Made by a program: the position numbers and the translations under genes
Virus record (IMG/VR): IMGVR_UViG_3300021255_002129
Strand: one strand, 5' to 3'
From: a virus
Lineage: Duplodnaviria > Heunggongvirae > Uroviricota > Caudoviricetes
DNA: 64,000 bases
The notes under the pieces: generated by a model
The model's database searches: none
What the model was told of the DNA's origin: nothing
Seen by the model: only the letters and a program-made list of their open reading frames with translations
In this document: piece by piece, positions 1 to 12,666 of the stretch
Layout of the letters: each line of letters starts with the position of its first letter
Position numbering within the stretch: position 1 is the first letter of the stretch

Positions 1-3000
1 CAGTATTATCTTCTTTATAATATGAAGAAAAATCAACTAATCTAGCCATTGCATTTCCAAGTATATCATCATCTTCAATACCATCAATTATTTTCTTTTT
101 AAATTCATTTCAATCTCTTTCAGCTTCTGCTAAATCTAAACGAATTTCAATTTCCATATCAAATTTCTCAATTTGAAGGTCAATTTTTTCATCTACAGCG
201 TCTTGAATATCCGCTTCAAGATCTGGAATTTCACTAGTAATTAAATCATCATATCTATCTAAATTTTCTACAAACTTATCAAAATCTTCTTTTGCTTGTT
301 CAACAGTGTCCTTAAATCCTTCTTGAGCTTCAGCACTCATTGAATTATATCTTGCAATTAAACCATTAACATAATTTAATTGAGATGCATATGCAGTAGC
401 ATAATTTGCAATAGTTCCATCGACATTAAATGAAACCCCTTTTCCACGTAATTTATCTTGAAGTTCTTGAGTTTCTCCTCTAGCAATTTTTATTTTTTCA
501 TTTGTAGTATCTATTTGTTTATCTAACAACTTTAATCTTTTATTTAAATTGGTTATTAAATCTTTACCAAATAATTTATCTTTTTGTTTTTCTAATTTAT
601 CTAAATCATTACTAATTAATTCTAATTGAACATTAACATCATGATATCTATCTATCTCTTTTTCAAGCGGATCCATCTTATCCGGTTCTTTAGCTTTGCT
701 TCCGCCGCCGCCTCCGCCACCAGATTTTCCACTTCCACCCGTTTTACCTTTTTTAGCATTATTATTATAAGAAACTGCTTGTCTACCAGAACCTTTATAT
801 ACAGTTTTATCCGCATTGATAATTGGAACTTCTAAATCAAAGGTATCGGTTTCGGTATAATGAGTAGTTTCTCCTGTATCATCATTAGTTCTTGTATAAT
901 GATGAACCTCAGTTTTAGGAACTTTAGTTGTTCCTATGCTAGGTTGATAACCAATACTACTAAGAATTTGATTTGCTTCATTCGCAGTTATTTGTCCTTC
1001 TTGAAGCATATGGTTCATTGCATTGATAAATTCAGTGTCATCAAGTTTAGAACCTATAATTAAATCTTGATTACTAAAATTATCAATATAACTTTGAATA
1101 ACTGCTAAGTCATTAGCAATTTCAGCATCATCAACATCGACTGTTAAATGTGCTACAATATCTTTTGCAGCTTCAACTCTTAATCTATCTAATGCATCAA
1201 CATTACCATCAACTAAATCTTGAATATCTTTTAAATGAGTTTTTACAAAATCGTTAGAAACTTCTGTTCCTAATATATCTTCTGTCGCTTCTTTTACTTC
1301 AGCTAAAGCTTTTACATATTCATAATCAGCTTCATTCCCATCTTCAATAATTTTTCTATTAGTTTCAAAATTTTTACTCAAAGTTTCAATAGCTTTATTC
1401 ATTTTAACAATACTTAAAGCTACTGCCTCGGCTTGATCTTGATATTCTTCTAAAGTTGCATTAACTTTATCTGCACCTTTGTTCATTTCTTGAAGAGTGT
1501 CTACATATTCTTCAAAAACATCTGAATCAATATCTAAGTCTTTAAGTTCTTTTTCAATAGACGCAGTGACATGATATTTTTCTGCTTTATCTTTTGCTTT
1601 TTCTAAAAATTCTTCTAAATTTAATAAAGATTTTTCATCGTCAACTTGAACTATATATTTTAAATCTTCATAATCCAGCCCATTTACAGCATCCATTATT
1701 TTTTGTCTGTTTTCTTCGCCAAATTTTTCAACAAGAGTATTAATAGCATATATTTTATTTAATAATTGGTCTGCATTTTGTGATACAGAACTAATATATA
1801 AATCTGCAGCTTGTGTAACTTCTTCATTAGATTTATTTTTATATTCATCTAAAGTTTTTAAATAATCAACTAATTGTTGTCTACCTTTTTCAAACTCATT
1901 GATATCAGTCATTTTATCAAAATTAATATCTAACGCTTGAATTTCTGTTGTATATTTACTTACTTCTTCAAGAGCTTTCTTATAAGTATTAACATCATCT
2001 TCCATTTTTTCAATTCAATCATTAAGACGTTGCCATACTTCAGATTCAGCTCTTTCAGTTGCTGTCATATAATATTGAGAATTTTCATCTGCAGTTTTAT
2101 CTAACACTTCTCTAAATTTGTCATATAATGCAACTATACTTTTCGCATCAAAATCTACATCAAATCCCGCCCATGAAACCGTTCCATCGTCATTTTCTTG
2201 ATATCATCTTAACATATCACTAGGTATAGTATTTACAATAGCACTACTAATTATATCTTCATCTGAACTAGATCATCCTGATAAATCACCATAATTAATT
2301 TTATATCTGTCACCATCTTTATATCCAGTACCTTCACGAGCTTTTTCAGCTACATTTTGTTCAGCAGACGTCAATTTTGACTTAGCTGCTTTTTGTCCAC
2401 TTTGAGCAGCTTCTTTTCTAGCTTTTACAATTTCTTCATTTAAAGTTTTATAATCACCCGTTAAATTGGCTACCTCAACACGCTCTTTCCCAAGTAATTC
2501 TACTAAATTATCTGTAGATTTAGATAAATCTTCCTTTGAAGCTTTACCTTTTTCATATTGACTATATAAATCAGTGTATTGTTTATATAACTTTTCATTT
2601 TCATCTATTTCTGCAATTTTTTGATTTTGTGCTTCAATATTTGCATCATTAGCTTCTCTAACTGCTTTTGCATGTGCTGCAATAGCTCCTGTAACTGCAG
2701 CAATACCCGCAACAACTAAGGCAGCCGCCCCAACTATCCACATTAATGGATTTGCCATCATACTAACTGTTAATGCATCTATTGCGCCTTTTAGTCCCGT
2801 AGTAGCTACCGTTTGGGCTCCTTTGGCTGCGGTATCAGCTACTTCTGCTGCTGTTTCAGCCTTTAAAAGACCAATATTTTGAAGTCTTGCAGCAATTTCC
2901 GCCTCAGACAATGTAACATTTTTTTCTTTTAAAATAGTTTGAGCTTCTTTAATAACTTGTTCTTCTGTTAATCCTGCTAGATTGGTAGCTCTTAAAGTAG

Positions 3001-5542
3001 CTTCCATTTCATCTAAAGCATTTTGTCTTGCTTTAGCCACATTCATCATTTGTTGAGCAGTTAATAAACTTTTATATGCCGAAATTACTCCAGGAATAGC
3101 CATACTTAATGCCATAACTGTTTGAGTAATTTTATCACTTAATGTTGCATTTTCATCTGTTCATACTTGGAACATTGAATTAATTGAACTTCAAGTAAGA
3201 GCTAGTGAAGAAAGTGCTCCAGTGACTGTCATTACTCTTTCGGCAATGCTTGAAGCTTTTTCTGCGTAGCCCATCGTATCATCAAATTCAATTTCTAATT
3301 GTCCTTCTTGACCTCTAAGCCTTGCAGCCTCTTCCTTATTTTTTCTTTGCTGTTCTGCAGCCGCCGCATTCTTTTCTGCAGTTTGTACTTCTTCTTCTTG
3401 TTCTTTAACAATCTTTTTTACAACATTTAATATTTTTTCTTTTTGTTTTAATGTTGCTTTATTAAGATCTACATCTTGAGTAGCTTCTTTTAATTCTTTT
3501 CCTAATTCTTTTGTAGACCTTCCTATAAGACCATTAATTTCTTCTTGTATTTCTGCAATCTCTTCAGAAGTTAATTCCATTTTTTGTGAAAATTTGACTT
3601 GTTCTTCTAAATATTTTGCTGCATCTTGTCTAATTGCAAGCTCATCTTGCTCTTTATCTAATATACTAGACCAGTGAGCATCAATTTCTTCTTGAGATTG
3701 TAAATTTAAATTTAAATATTCTTGATATTGTTCTTCTCCAAGGGTTCTTTGCATTTCTGTTTCAGCTTCTTGCTCTAACAATACTGCTTGTTTTTCAAGT
3801 TCTCCCATCTGAACTTGTAAAGTAGTTAATTGATTGTATTGTTCTTGAGAAATACCTGCTTCAACTTCTTGGATTCTTTCAGCATATTTTAATTGGGTTT
3901 GAACATTTGCTAATTCTGCTTGATCTCCTGGCTGTGTCAATCCAGAAGTAGCAGCCCCAGTTTCTATAGTTTGACGTTTTTTCTCTAATAAAGCAATATT
4001 TTGCTCCATTTTACTTTGATTTTCTATAAAATTAGCAATAGCGCCACTAATTTGTTTATTAAATACATTAGCAAATACAGCTCCAAAAGCACCTAATGTT
4101 TTAATACCTCCACCAAAAGAATCAATAAAATTATCAAATGTTTGAACTAAATTTCTTAATAAATCAATTCCACCATTAATTTCATCATCATTAATAGCAC
4201 TATCATATAAGTCTTGCCAAGTCGCTTTTAATTCTTTTAAATGAGCTTCAGTGCTTTGCATGTAAATATCTTGTTGTTTTTGTAAAGTACCGGCAGCATT
4301 TGCAGACATCTCTAAAGATTCTGTATACATATCTCAATTATCAAATAGTGATAATAAATTATTATATTGTCTAGTACCAGCCATAACTTGCGATAAAGCT
4401 ACTTGTTGCTCTCTAGACATTGTATTCCATTTACTACCAATTTCTTCAATAACTTCGCCCATATCACGAAGATTATTATTAGCATCTAAAACATTTATTC
4501 CATATGCTGCCATCTTTTCAGTATAGTTACCAAGAGTAGTTTCATCACTTAAACCAGATTTAATATCTGACATACGTGCATAAATTGTTTTTAATGCAAC
4601 TCCGACTGATTCAGGAGCTTGTCTAGTTACAGATACAATAGTTGCTAATTGAGCATTTAATTGATCAACATCTACACCCATTATATTTGCAGCAGATGCA
4701 ACCTTACTCATACCTGTTGATAATTCTTCTAGGTCTGCTGCTGTACCTGCGGCAACCGCAGCTAATTTATCAATATATAATTCTGCTTCTTCTGCAGATA
4801 CCTTATAACCATTTCATACAGCAGTTAATTGTTCTGAAACTTCTTGACCTGTTTGACCTGTAACGTTTGCGGCTTTGATTGTTACTTCGGCCCTTGCTTT
4901 AGCTTCTTCATCACTTAAACCTTGTTGATAATAAATTAAAGCTGCATTAGTATAATCAAGAGTATTAGCTCCTAATTGTTTTGCAGCTTCATTTGCGTGA
5001 ACTGCAAATTGCTCCATCTTATCTGCAGAAAAATCTGTTACTATTCTAATATCATTTAAAGATTTATTTAAATCCCTAGCATAATCATAAGCCTTTTGAA
5101 AAGAATTTGAAAAATTATTAAAAATACTAGAAGAAATACCATATCTAATAGTATTTTTTAATGTTATTGCCATCTTTTCTAACGTTTGATTAGCTGTTTT
5201 AATTTGAGCAGTAGTTCCTAATATTGATGAACTTAATATATTAAATGCAGTACTACCTTGTGCAACATTTTCTAAATCTTTTTTAATAGTAGTCATATCC
5301 AAATGAGTTTTTAACAGCTCTTGATTAAACTTTGTAACATTTACGGTTCCTAAATCTCTATTAAAACTTCTATCTAATATAGTTGAAAGTTGTCTTGCTG
5401 TAGTAGCAGCTTTTTGTAATTCTGTATTCATTTCTTGTCCAGGTAATTTAGCTTGAACAGAAATAGTATCTAACATTTTTTGCAATTCACTTAAGCCACT
5501 TTTATCTATAGAATAACCAACTTTTATATTAACATTAGCCAT
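1..5542 (-). CDS. Tail tape measure protein, >1847 aa in code 4, runs off the window start
   Basis: Track ORFs 4814-5542, 4334-4711, 3191-4330, 2273-3115 and 110-2005 share one frame. They are separated only by TGA codons (4814, 4334, 3191, 3161, 2273, 2204, 2015, 110). The junction reads EQLTAV-W-NGYK. Helical Ala/Gln/Glu-rich sequence downstream of the tail genes. Confidence 0.93.
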
Positions 5543-5641
5543 AATATCCTTTTCCTCCTTTTTGTTTTATCTCACAAAAAAAAATCCCTTCATTTACTAT
5601 ATCTTGTAAATAAAGGGTGTTCTATTAATTTAAATTGGCCA

Positions 5642-6172
5642 TTATTGTATTTCGCGTCCACCATTTGCTGCTTTTGCAAAATTCAAAACTTCTTTATATT
5701 TATTGGGATCAAAATTATCCATAATATTCTTCATAGCTTCTGCTTGTTTTGGTAAATCAGATACTAAACTTTGAATTAATGCACTTGTACTTCTTTTATA
5801 CTCTGTTAATTCTCTTTTTGTATCATCTAGCATATTAAATAATTCACTATAATCAAATTCATTCATTTGTTCAATAAATGCATCGATTAAACCATTACTT
5901 TTTAAACTATCATAAAGTTTATGTTCATCTTCTTTTTGCTTTTCAGTAAAATTAATATTAGTATACATATAAATTAAATGTAAATGAAAGAATTCATCGA
6001 TTTTAACTGGATTATAATATCCATCTTCTAATGATTTTTGTAAGGTAATCATAATTAAATCATATTTATCTTCAATAGGTAAATAATCTAATACTTCTAT
6101 TTCATTTCCATTCCACTCAAATTTATGAGTAGTAGTTACAGGTTTTAATTTCATATTTGCATAACTTATCAT
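5642..6172 (-). CDS. Hypothetical protein, possible tail assembly chaperone
   Basis: 176-aa ORF immediately upstream of the tape measure; function inferred from position only. Confidence 0.5.
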   Translation of the reverse strand: MISYANMKLKPVTTTHKFEWNGNEIEVLDYLPIEDKYDLIMITLQKSLEDGYYNPVKIDEFFHLHLIYMYTNINFTEKQKEDEHKLYDSLKSNGLIDAFIEQMNEFDYSELFNMLDDTKRELTEYKRSTSALIQSLVSDLPKQAEAMKNIMDNFDPNKYKEVLNFAKAANGGREIQ

Positions 6173-6233
6173 AAATATCTCTCCTTTTCTCTCTTTATTA
6201 TATTATATAACTTTTTTTGAAGTTTGTCAAATT

Positions 6234-7697
6234 TTATTCATGAGTATATTGAATTTGTGTAGTAAGTTCATTTAAAGTTTTAAATGCTTGTCTTGAACGA
6301 ACTCATGCTACTAGACTTTTTGATTCTGAAGTTAAATCAGTATATCCTTCACTTTTTAACAAAGCATTTAATTTTTCTCCACGTCTAGTTACAAAATCGT
6401 TTGATGTTTTTATTTTATTCGCACCTACAATACTTAATGATGGTAATTGATTTTGAGATGCAGAAGCTAATAATTCAAAAAATTCATCCAATCTAACTAA
6501 ACTATCTAAGTATTGTAGGAATAATACATTTTCACCTTGATTAGAGCCAGTAATCGCATCTAATAAAGCTTCAGCTGCATATTTCCTTCTTAAATATTGC
6601 ATTTCCGCAGTACTTGTTAACCCATGATATAAATTATTATAAAATACATACTTTTCAAAATTATTTGCTTGTATATATTTTTCAAAAAAAGTTTTTAATT
6701 TAGTTGTTTCAAAAGTTGTAGTAACTTTTCTTCCTTTATTAATAGCTTGAGCTTTTGCACTAATTCCAAAAGATAATGTAATACTACCATTTTCATTATC
6801 AACAGAAATAGTATAGTCAGCTTTTTTTGTACTACCGCCCTCTACTCTTTCAGTACCAGTACCTTCAATATTAACTGTCATATCTTCATTTTCTAAAGTT
6901 TGTAAAAATTCATTTAAAGATTTAATAGCAAAACTTGCTCCTAAACCTTCTCCTAAACCACCTAATATATTTGAAAATAAGAAATGCATTGGATATATTA
7001 AAGAATCATAACTTACTGTTTTGTTTTTGTATTGCACTTTTGCAGGTTTAGATCCTGCTCTCAATGAATTACTAGCAGACTCTAATTGACTAACTCTTTC
7101 TTTTAAAGTGTCAAAAGAAGTTAACGCGGTTTTATTTATCGCTAATAAATTTAATTTATTTCCTATTGAAAATAAACTATTTATATTGGCCGTTGCTTTT
7201 GGGTCTCCTTGATATAAATCTAAAATATATTTCATATAATCATCATTCCCTTTTTCAAAAGCATTAATAACTTCATGAATATATTTAATATAATTATCTA
7301 ATACACTAATTTGTTGCTGTGCGGTTGCCGCCTGCTTTAAGGCATAACTAGTTGAAGTGCTTTCTCCGATACCTCTTCTAATTAATTCAGTTACATCATT
7401 TGCAATTTTTTGTTCCACATCATTTAAAATATTAGAACTACCATTTAAATCGTTAATAACACCAAGAGCTTCAACTAAAGATTTTCCATCTTTATTAGTT
7501 ATACTTTCAATTGCGCCCATACGTCTTCTAAGCTCCGCAGCATCTCGTCCATATATACTAGAAATCAATCCTCAATTCATATCTATTGGAGCATATTTAT
7601 TTTTATAATCTAAATAACTTTGTTTATGATAATGAATATATAATTCTTGAGCTAAATTAATCTCTTTTTCATTTACTTCTTGCACAGTTTTTGCCAT
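6234..7697 (-). CDS. Hypothetical tail-region protein (487 aa, code 4)
   Basis: ATG at 7697 with an upstream GGGAG RBS; in-frame TGA at 7572 and 6303; ends TAA at 6234. Confidence 0.75.
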
Positions 7698-7719
7698 AAT
7701 CTCACTCTCCCTTTAAACT

Positions 7720-7749
7720 AAAAAAAGAGAGGGATTAATCCCTCTCTTT
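7720..7749. terminator. Intrinsic terminator after the tail tube gene
   Basis: AAAGAGAGGG-attaat-CCCTCTCTTT hairpin with a T-tract on the minus strand. Confidence 0.75.
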
Positions 7750-7764
7750 AATTTATTCTTTATA

Positions 7765-8694
7765 CTAGATAGATCCAGCTTCTCCATGTTCAACGTTAGA
7801 GTCATCATTAGATTCTGGCATTTCAAATCCAGTTAAGTGTTCCATAACTGATTTTCTAGCTTCAGAACCAGCAGTTGCATCTTCAACGATTTGGATTACG
7901 CATAATACTTTTTTAGTTCTATCGAACATAGTATATCCTGGGAATGCATCCATAGTAAATGAGAATGTACTTGGATCTCCAGTTGCAGCCATGTTGAATG
8001 TAAAGTTAGATTGAATCTTAACGTTTGGTAATGTGATTTCAGCAGGCATATCTACACCATCAGATTCTCTTCTGAATAATGTACTAGCTTCAACATAGTA
8101 GTTTCCTGCGAAATGGTCAGCATCGATTTGTAGTTCAGATACATCAGCAGAATCTTTTACTACATAGAAATCAACGAATACAGTTCTACCATGATATTTA
8201 CTAGCAGCTCCTGTTAAAGTTTTTCCTGAAGTAGTTAATCCAGTGATTAAATCACCAGTAATTGAACCATCAGATTCAGTAACCATAACGAATACTGGAG
8301 CAGTTGCATCGATTTCTTCAGTTGCTCCTAAAGCATCTGTTAAGTCAATAACACCTGTATCACTTACATAAGCTTGAGATGTAACATGAACGTGTACATC
8401 AGTGTTTTCATCTTTAAATAATCCAGCACCAGATAGAATTGAGAAACCAATTGGAGATAATAATGCATCTTCAACTGTGAAAGTTAATGTTTTTTCTCCT
8501 TCCCATGCGATTAGACGTGTATTACCTCTACCACCTTGTGCATATACAGTAGTAGCTGCACCTTCGATAGTTGAAGTAGTTGCTGAATCGATATATAATA
8601 CTGGTTGTCCAGCTTTGAAAGTAGATGTTCCAATAGTAGTATCTGCTTTTGCTTTAAATACTACGTTAGCAATTTCTCTTACACCAAATTTCAT
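7765..8694 (-). CDS. Major tail (tube) protein
   Basis: Beta-rich 309-aa protein (AQGGRGN..LIAWEGEK, GDPSTFSFTMD); position between neck genes and tape measure. Confidence 0.75.
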   Translation of the reverse strand: MKFGVREIANVVFKAKADTTIGTSTFKAGQPVLYIDSATTSTIEGAATTVYAQGGRGNTRLIAWEGEKTLTFTVEDALLSPIGFSILSGAGLFKDENTDVHVHVTSQAYVSDTGVIDLTDALGATEEIDATAPVFVMVTESDGSITGDLITGLTTSGKTLTGAASKYHGRTVFVDFYVVKDSADVSELQIDADHFAGNYYVEASTLFRRESDGVDMPAEITLPNVKIQSNFTFNMAATGDPSTFSFTMDAFPGYTMFDRTKKVLCVIQIVEDATAGSEARKSVMEHLTGFEMPESNDDSNVEHGEAGSI

Positions 8695-8728
8695 ATTTGT
8701 TTATCCTCCTTCAAATATTTATATTCTA

Positions 8729-9460
8729 TTACGAATGAATATCTTTCATTCAGTCTTCAACTTCCTTTAAATCCTTTGCTCCAGCCATTTTAGCTTGGAA
8801 ATAAATATCATAACTCATTTTCAATTTAAATCTTTCAAATTCATCAAATAATTGATAAACTGATAAATTTAATAATGAATTCATATCTTTATGTTCACCA
8901 ACAGCTAAAATAGAAACATAACGACTTAATATGTCAATTTTTTGCTTACCTTCCTTAAGTTCTGCTAGTTTTTGATGTCTTTGCTTTAATTTTTCAGCAA
9001 TTCTTTTAGCAACTTCTCCACTAGGATTATAATCTCTAGATTCATCTTTGCTAAATGAAAACATCGTATTAAAAATAGTTTTAAAGGTTTCAAAATTGTC
9101 ATTATTAATTAAATGGCGTTCTTCTTCTTTTTCTAACACAATAGCATCACTAGTGATATCTATCGTATATCATGGAAAAATAAGGGCTAGAACCATTTCA
9201 ACGCAATTCCTATTTCTTTGCATTACCGCATTACGCTCTCTTAGTATTGCTATTAATATATCAAAATTCGTTTTATCTTCTAAATTCACTTTGTCCTGTT
9301 CTGGTAAAATGTTTTTAGAAAAATTAATCAACTCGCATCCTGTAAAGAATGCTTCCTCCCCAATATATGCGATTTCTTTAATTGTAGGTTGATGAATAGT
9401 AACTTGAGCTTCTATAAATGGAATGTCATTACCTGACAATAGTAATAACTCATTATCCAT
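8729..9460 (-). CDS. Tail-region hypothetical protein (243 aa, code 4)
   Basis: Track ORFs 9170-9460 and 8750-9139 are in one frame, joined by TGA at 9170; C-terminus EVED-W-MKDIHS-TAA. Confidence 0.75.
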
Positions 9461-9463
9461 TTA

Positions 9464-10060
9464 TTATTCATCACGCGGAGGTAGTCGGTCATCATTACCA
9501 TGGATGGCTCTATAAGATAGAGAATATCCAGCTAAATCTTCATTTAAGATTAATTCATTACATCCTAAAAAATTTAATTCTCCAATTCCGCTTAATTTAG
9601 CATTATTTAATAAACCATCAATATAACCTACTATTTTCAATGGTCTTAATCTATAATTCCCAATGTCCCAATAATCTAAATGACATATTATATCAAATGT
9701 AATAGTGCAATCTCTATAATATGGATTTTCTTTATTAGGAGTAAAGTTATCACAAGATATAATCATATATGATTTAACTTCTTCATGTTCAGGCATTCTA
9801 ATTTTAGGATTTAATTTTATATATCCTTCTTGAATTAGTTTAGCTAATGTCATTTCTTCAAGTTTATCTTTATACACTTGACTTTCATAATTATCTAAAC
9901 AATCCTTAGTACCTAATACAAGCAATCTTTTTAAACCATCACTATGTGGATAACTTTCTACAAATAATGCTCTTAATATTGTTTCTACATCTTTTTCAAA
10001 AGATAAAAATGATGATTTTAGCGGAATAGTACTTCTTGTATCTCTTTTCATAATCCGCAC
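9464..10060 (-). CDS. Probable tail terminator/completion protein
   Basis: Position in the neck module; ITFDIICH..W motif. Confidence 0.55.
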   Translation of the reverse strand: MRIMKRDTRSTIPLKSSFLSFEKDVETILRALFVESYPHSDGLKRLLVLGTKDCLDNYESQVYKDKLEEMTLAKLIQEGYIKLNPKIRMPEHEEVKSYMIISCDNFTPNKENPYYRDCTITFDIICHLDYWDIGNYRLRPLKIVGYIDGLLNNAKLSGIGELNFLGCNELILNEDLAGYSLSYRAIHGNDDRLPPRDE

Positions 10061-10070
10061 TCCTTTTTCT

Positions 10071-11063
10071 CTATAATGATTGAATAGTGATATTTAAAAC
10101 AATATCTTCTTCATTTTCTCTTATATATTTTAACTCAAAATTACCACTTCGACCAGTTGTTATTTCTATATAAACCGTAGTATCATCTTGTTGTAAAATC
10201 TTTGCTTTTGAACTACCTATAACCCATGTTCCATTTTCTGCATTTTTTATAGTATAAGTTTTCTTATCATATGGATAAACTGCGGTTGGTCCCTCTATTG
10301 CAGGTTCATCCTCGGTAATTATACTTATTACCTCGGCTGCCGCATCTTCCTCAGCTTTCGCTTTTTCTATACTATTTTGATACCACTCTTTTAAATAAAC
10401 TATAATAATTCCTTCAGAACTCATATTATCAATAGATTGAATTTCCCATGGCTTACCATTTATATCAATGATATGGAATCTATGGAAAAACATTTCAGTT
10501 TTTTCATCTTTTGTAATATACATTTGTAATGTATAATCAATATCATTCCAAAGTTTTTCTTGTTGATGACGCCAATCTATTTCATTAGTAGAAGGTCTTG
10601 CTACGTAACATTTATATTCAGTATCATCAATAGTAACTGTATATCTACATCTACGGATTTCCGCCCTAAAATATGCAGTTTCTTCTAATCTTCTTAAATA
10701 AACTAATCAATCTGTTCCATTTTCTTTCCATGTAAATACGTCACCAGGTTTCATTCCAATTTCTTGTAAACCTTCTATAGTTTTTCTAATTTGTATTTTA
10801 CCATCAGCACTGATTTCCTTCTCATTTAAACAAATATCTTCAAAAGGTATTGATATATATTTGTTATCATAAACATTCTTAATTTGATCAGGATTAATTA
10901 AACATCTAAATTCTCTACCATCCGCCAAAATTGCAGTCGCACTTTGATACGAATATAAAAGAGCTTTTTTTAAGCTCCTTAATTTATCTTCATTCATTCT
11001 ATCTACTTGGCGGTTGCCGCCAGCGTATTTTAATCTAGTTGACATTGTATCTAATCCTGACAT
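10071..11063 (-). CDS. Probable head-closure/adaptor protein (330 aa, code 4)
   Basis: ORFs 10707-11105 and 10071-10523 are in one frame, joined by TGA at 10707 (ENGTD-W-LVYLR); likely ATG at 11063. Confidence 0.65.
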
Positions 11064-11377
11064 TCTGATACACCATCCTTTAATGAAGATAATAGATTTA
11101 GACATTCAAAAATTGTTCTTCTATAAAGAAAGAAATCTTCTTCTTTAGTTAAATCATACAATCCTTGTAATTTACAAAGTAATGGAAATAATATTTCATG
11201 ATATTCTATTAAAAGTTTATCCATTCCAGATAACTCTTCTATAATTGTTCCTAATGGAGTTTGCCAATCTATAGCTTCTTCTCTATTAGGTAATAATTTA
11301 TAAATTTGATTAGTTAATTTTTTTAAATTTTCTATAATTGCTTCTTTTGTTATTTCTGCGCCTGTTGTTAAGACCAT
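11051..11377 (-). CDS. Hypothetical protein in the neck module
   Basis: 108-aa ORF overlapping both neighbours (translational coupling). Confidence 0.6.
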   Translation of the reverse strand: MVLTTGAEITKEAIIENLKKLTNQIYKLLPNREEAIDWQTPLGTIIEELSGMDKLLIEYHEILFPLLCKLQGLYDLTKEEDFFLYRRTIFECLNLLSSLKDGVSECQD

Positions 11378-11949
11378 AATCCAGACCCCCTTCTACCTAC
11401 AGGGGATTCCTCCATAATAGTTCCAAATGTAGAACGCATAATACCATCTTCATCTTTTAATCTTCTCTTATAAAGTCTTTGAAGGTGAAATCCTTCTCTT
11501 TCATAATCTTTTTTAAGAGTAAGCAATTTAGACATATGATTAGCTTGAGAAGTAAATTTAAAATCACTTCCGCTATATTTCATTCTAACATTTTCAACAC
11601 TTGCTAATTGTTGACCTAACCATTCTACTATCATATAAGTTGAAAGAATATTAATTTCTTCTGGAGTCAATGCAACATTAAAGCGGCCACCGCTATATAT
11701 AATTGCTGGAACTTCTTCATTATTACTTTCAACACCTTCATAAGTTTCTACATCATCTACGTAGTTTCCTTCAAAGTCTGTGATATCAAAACGCGGAAAT
11801 TCAAATTTATGCATTGCCGCATTAAGTAATTCTTCAAGTAATCTGAAAGTATCTAATTCAGTTAATTCCATATACATATCATCAGTAATTTTACTAAGAA
11901 AACTATCATAAATCATAGAAAAAGGTGTAGTAGTAGCTATATTTTCCAT
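11368..11949 (-). CDS. Probable head-tail connector protein
   Basis: Position after the capsid genes; SDFKFTSQANH motif. Confidence 0.55.
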   Translation of the reverse strand: MENIATTTPFSMIYDSFLSKITDDMYMELTELDTFRLLEELLNAAMHKFEFPRFDITDFEGNYVDDVETYEGVESNNEEVPAIIYSGGRFNVALTPEEINILSTYMIVEWLGQQLASVENVRMKYSGSDFKFTSQANHMSKLLTLKKDYEREGFHLQRLYKRRLKDEDGIMRSTFGTIMEESPVGRRGSGLWS

Positions 11950-11968
11950 ATTACACCTCCAAGATTTA

Positions 11969-12553
11969 TTATTTATCTAAAATTTTGTATTTACTTTCAC
12001 TAACAGTTGGAGCTGCAGTTCTTCTTCCTGTAGATTTAACTTCTTCTTTTACAGGTTCATTAACTCTTCTAACTCTTTGAGTGTCTTCTATCTCATCCTT
12101 AGTTTCTTCGTTAATCATAATTGCTGCGTCTACATTAAATCCAGTCATATCTAAAATAGCTTTTCTTTTTGTAATATCATTTACAGGTAATTCCACTGCT
12201 AATTGTTTAACTAAATCTACAGTTCCTTTTGGAGCAAATTCTATACAATCTTTTAACTCATCCAAAGAACCATTTAATAATAATTTCTTAACATCTTCTT
12301 CATCGTAGTAGTATTCAGGTTCAACATCTCCTAGAATTTCTTCTACAACTTCTGGGTCTTCAATAACTAAATAATCTCTAATTAAAGTTGGACCTCCTGA
12401 AATGTAAGCTAATTTTTTTAATTCTTCTACTGTAATATTTTTAGTTTCATTAGCACTAAAATCACGTACTAAATTATTCATGTCTGGAATTCTATATCCT
12501 ACATGTCCATTATCTCTGTTAGTAACCCTAACAATCTTTTTTTCATCTATCAT
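11969..12553 (-). CDS. Hypothetical virion-module protein
   Basis: 194-aa ORF with AAGGAG RBS. Confidence 0.65.
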   Translation of the reverse strand: MIDEKKIVRVTNRDNGHVGYRIPDMNNLVRDFSANETKNITVEELKKLAYISGGPTLIRDYLVIEDPEVVEEILGDVEPEYYYDEEDVKKLLLNGSLDELKDCIEFAPKGTVDLVKQLAVELPVNDITKRKAILDMTGFNVDAAIMINEETKDEIEDTQRVRRVNEPVKEEVKSTGRRTAAPTVSESKYKILDK

Positions 12554-12666
12554 AATTTTTAACTCCTTTTCTCTCTAAATAAAAAACGGGGAAGGTTAAA
12601 ACACCTCTTTATTAAAGAAATGCCAAACCTTCCCCAAAGTTTTTATATTAATCTATTTACTAAATC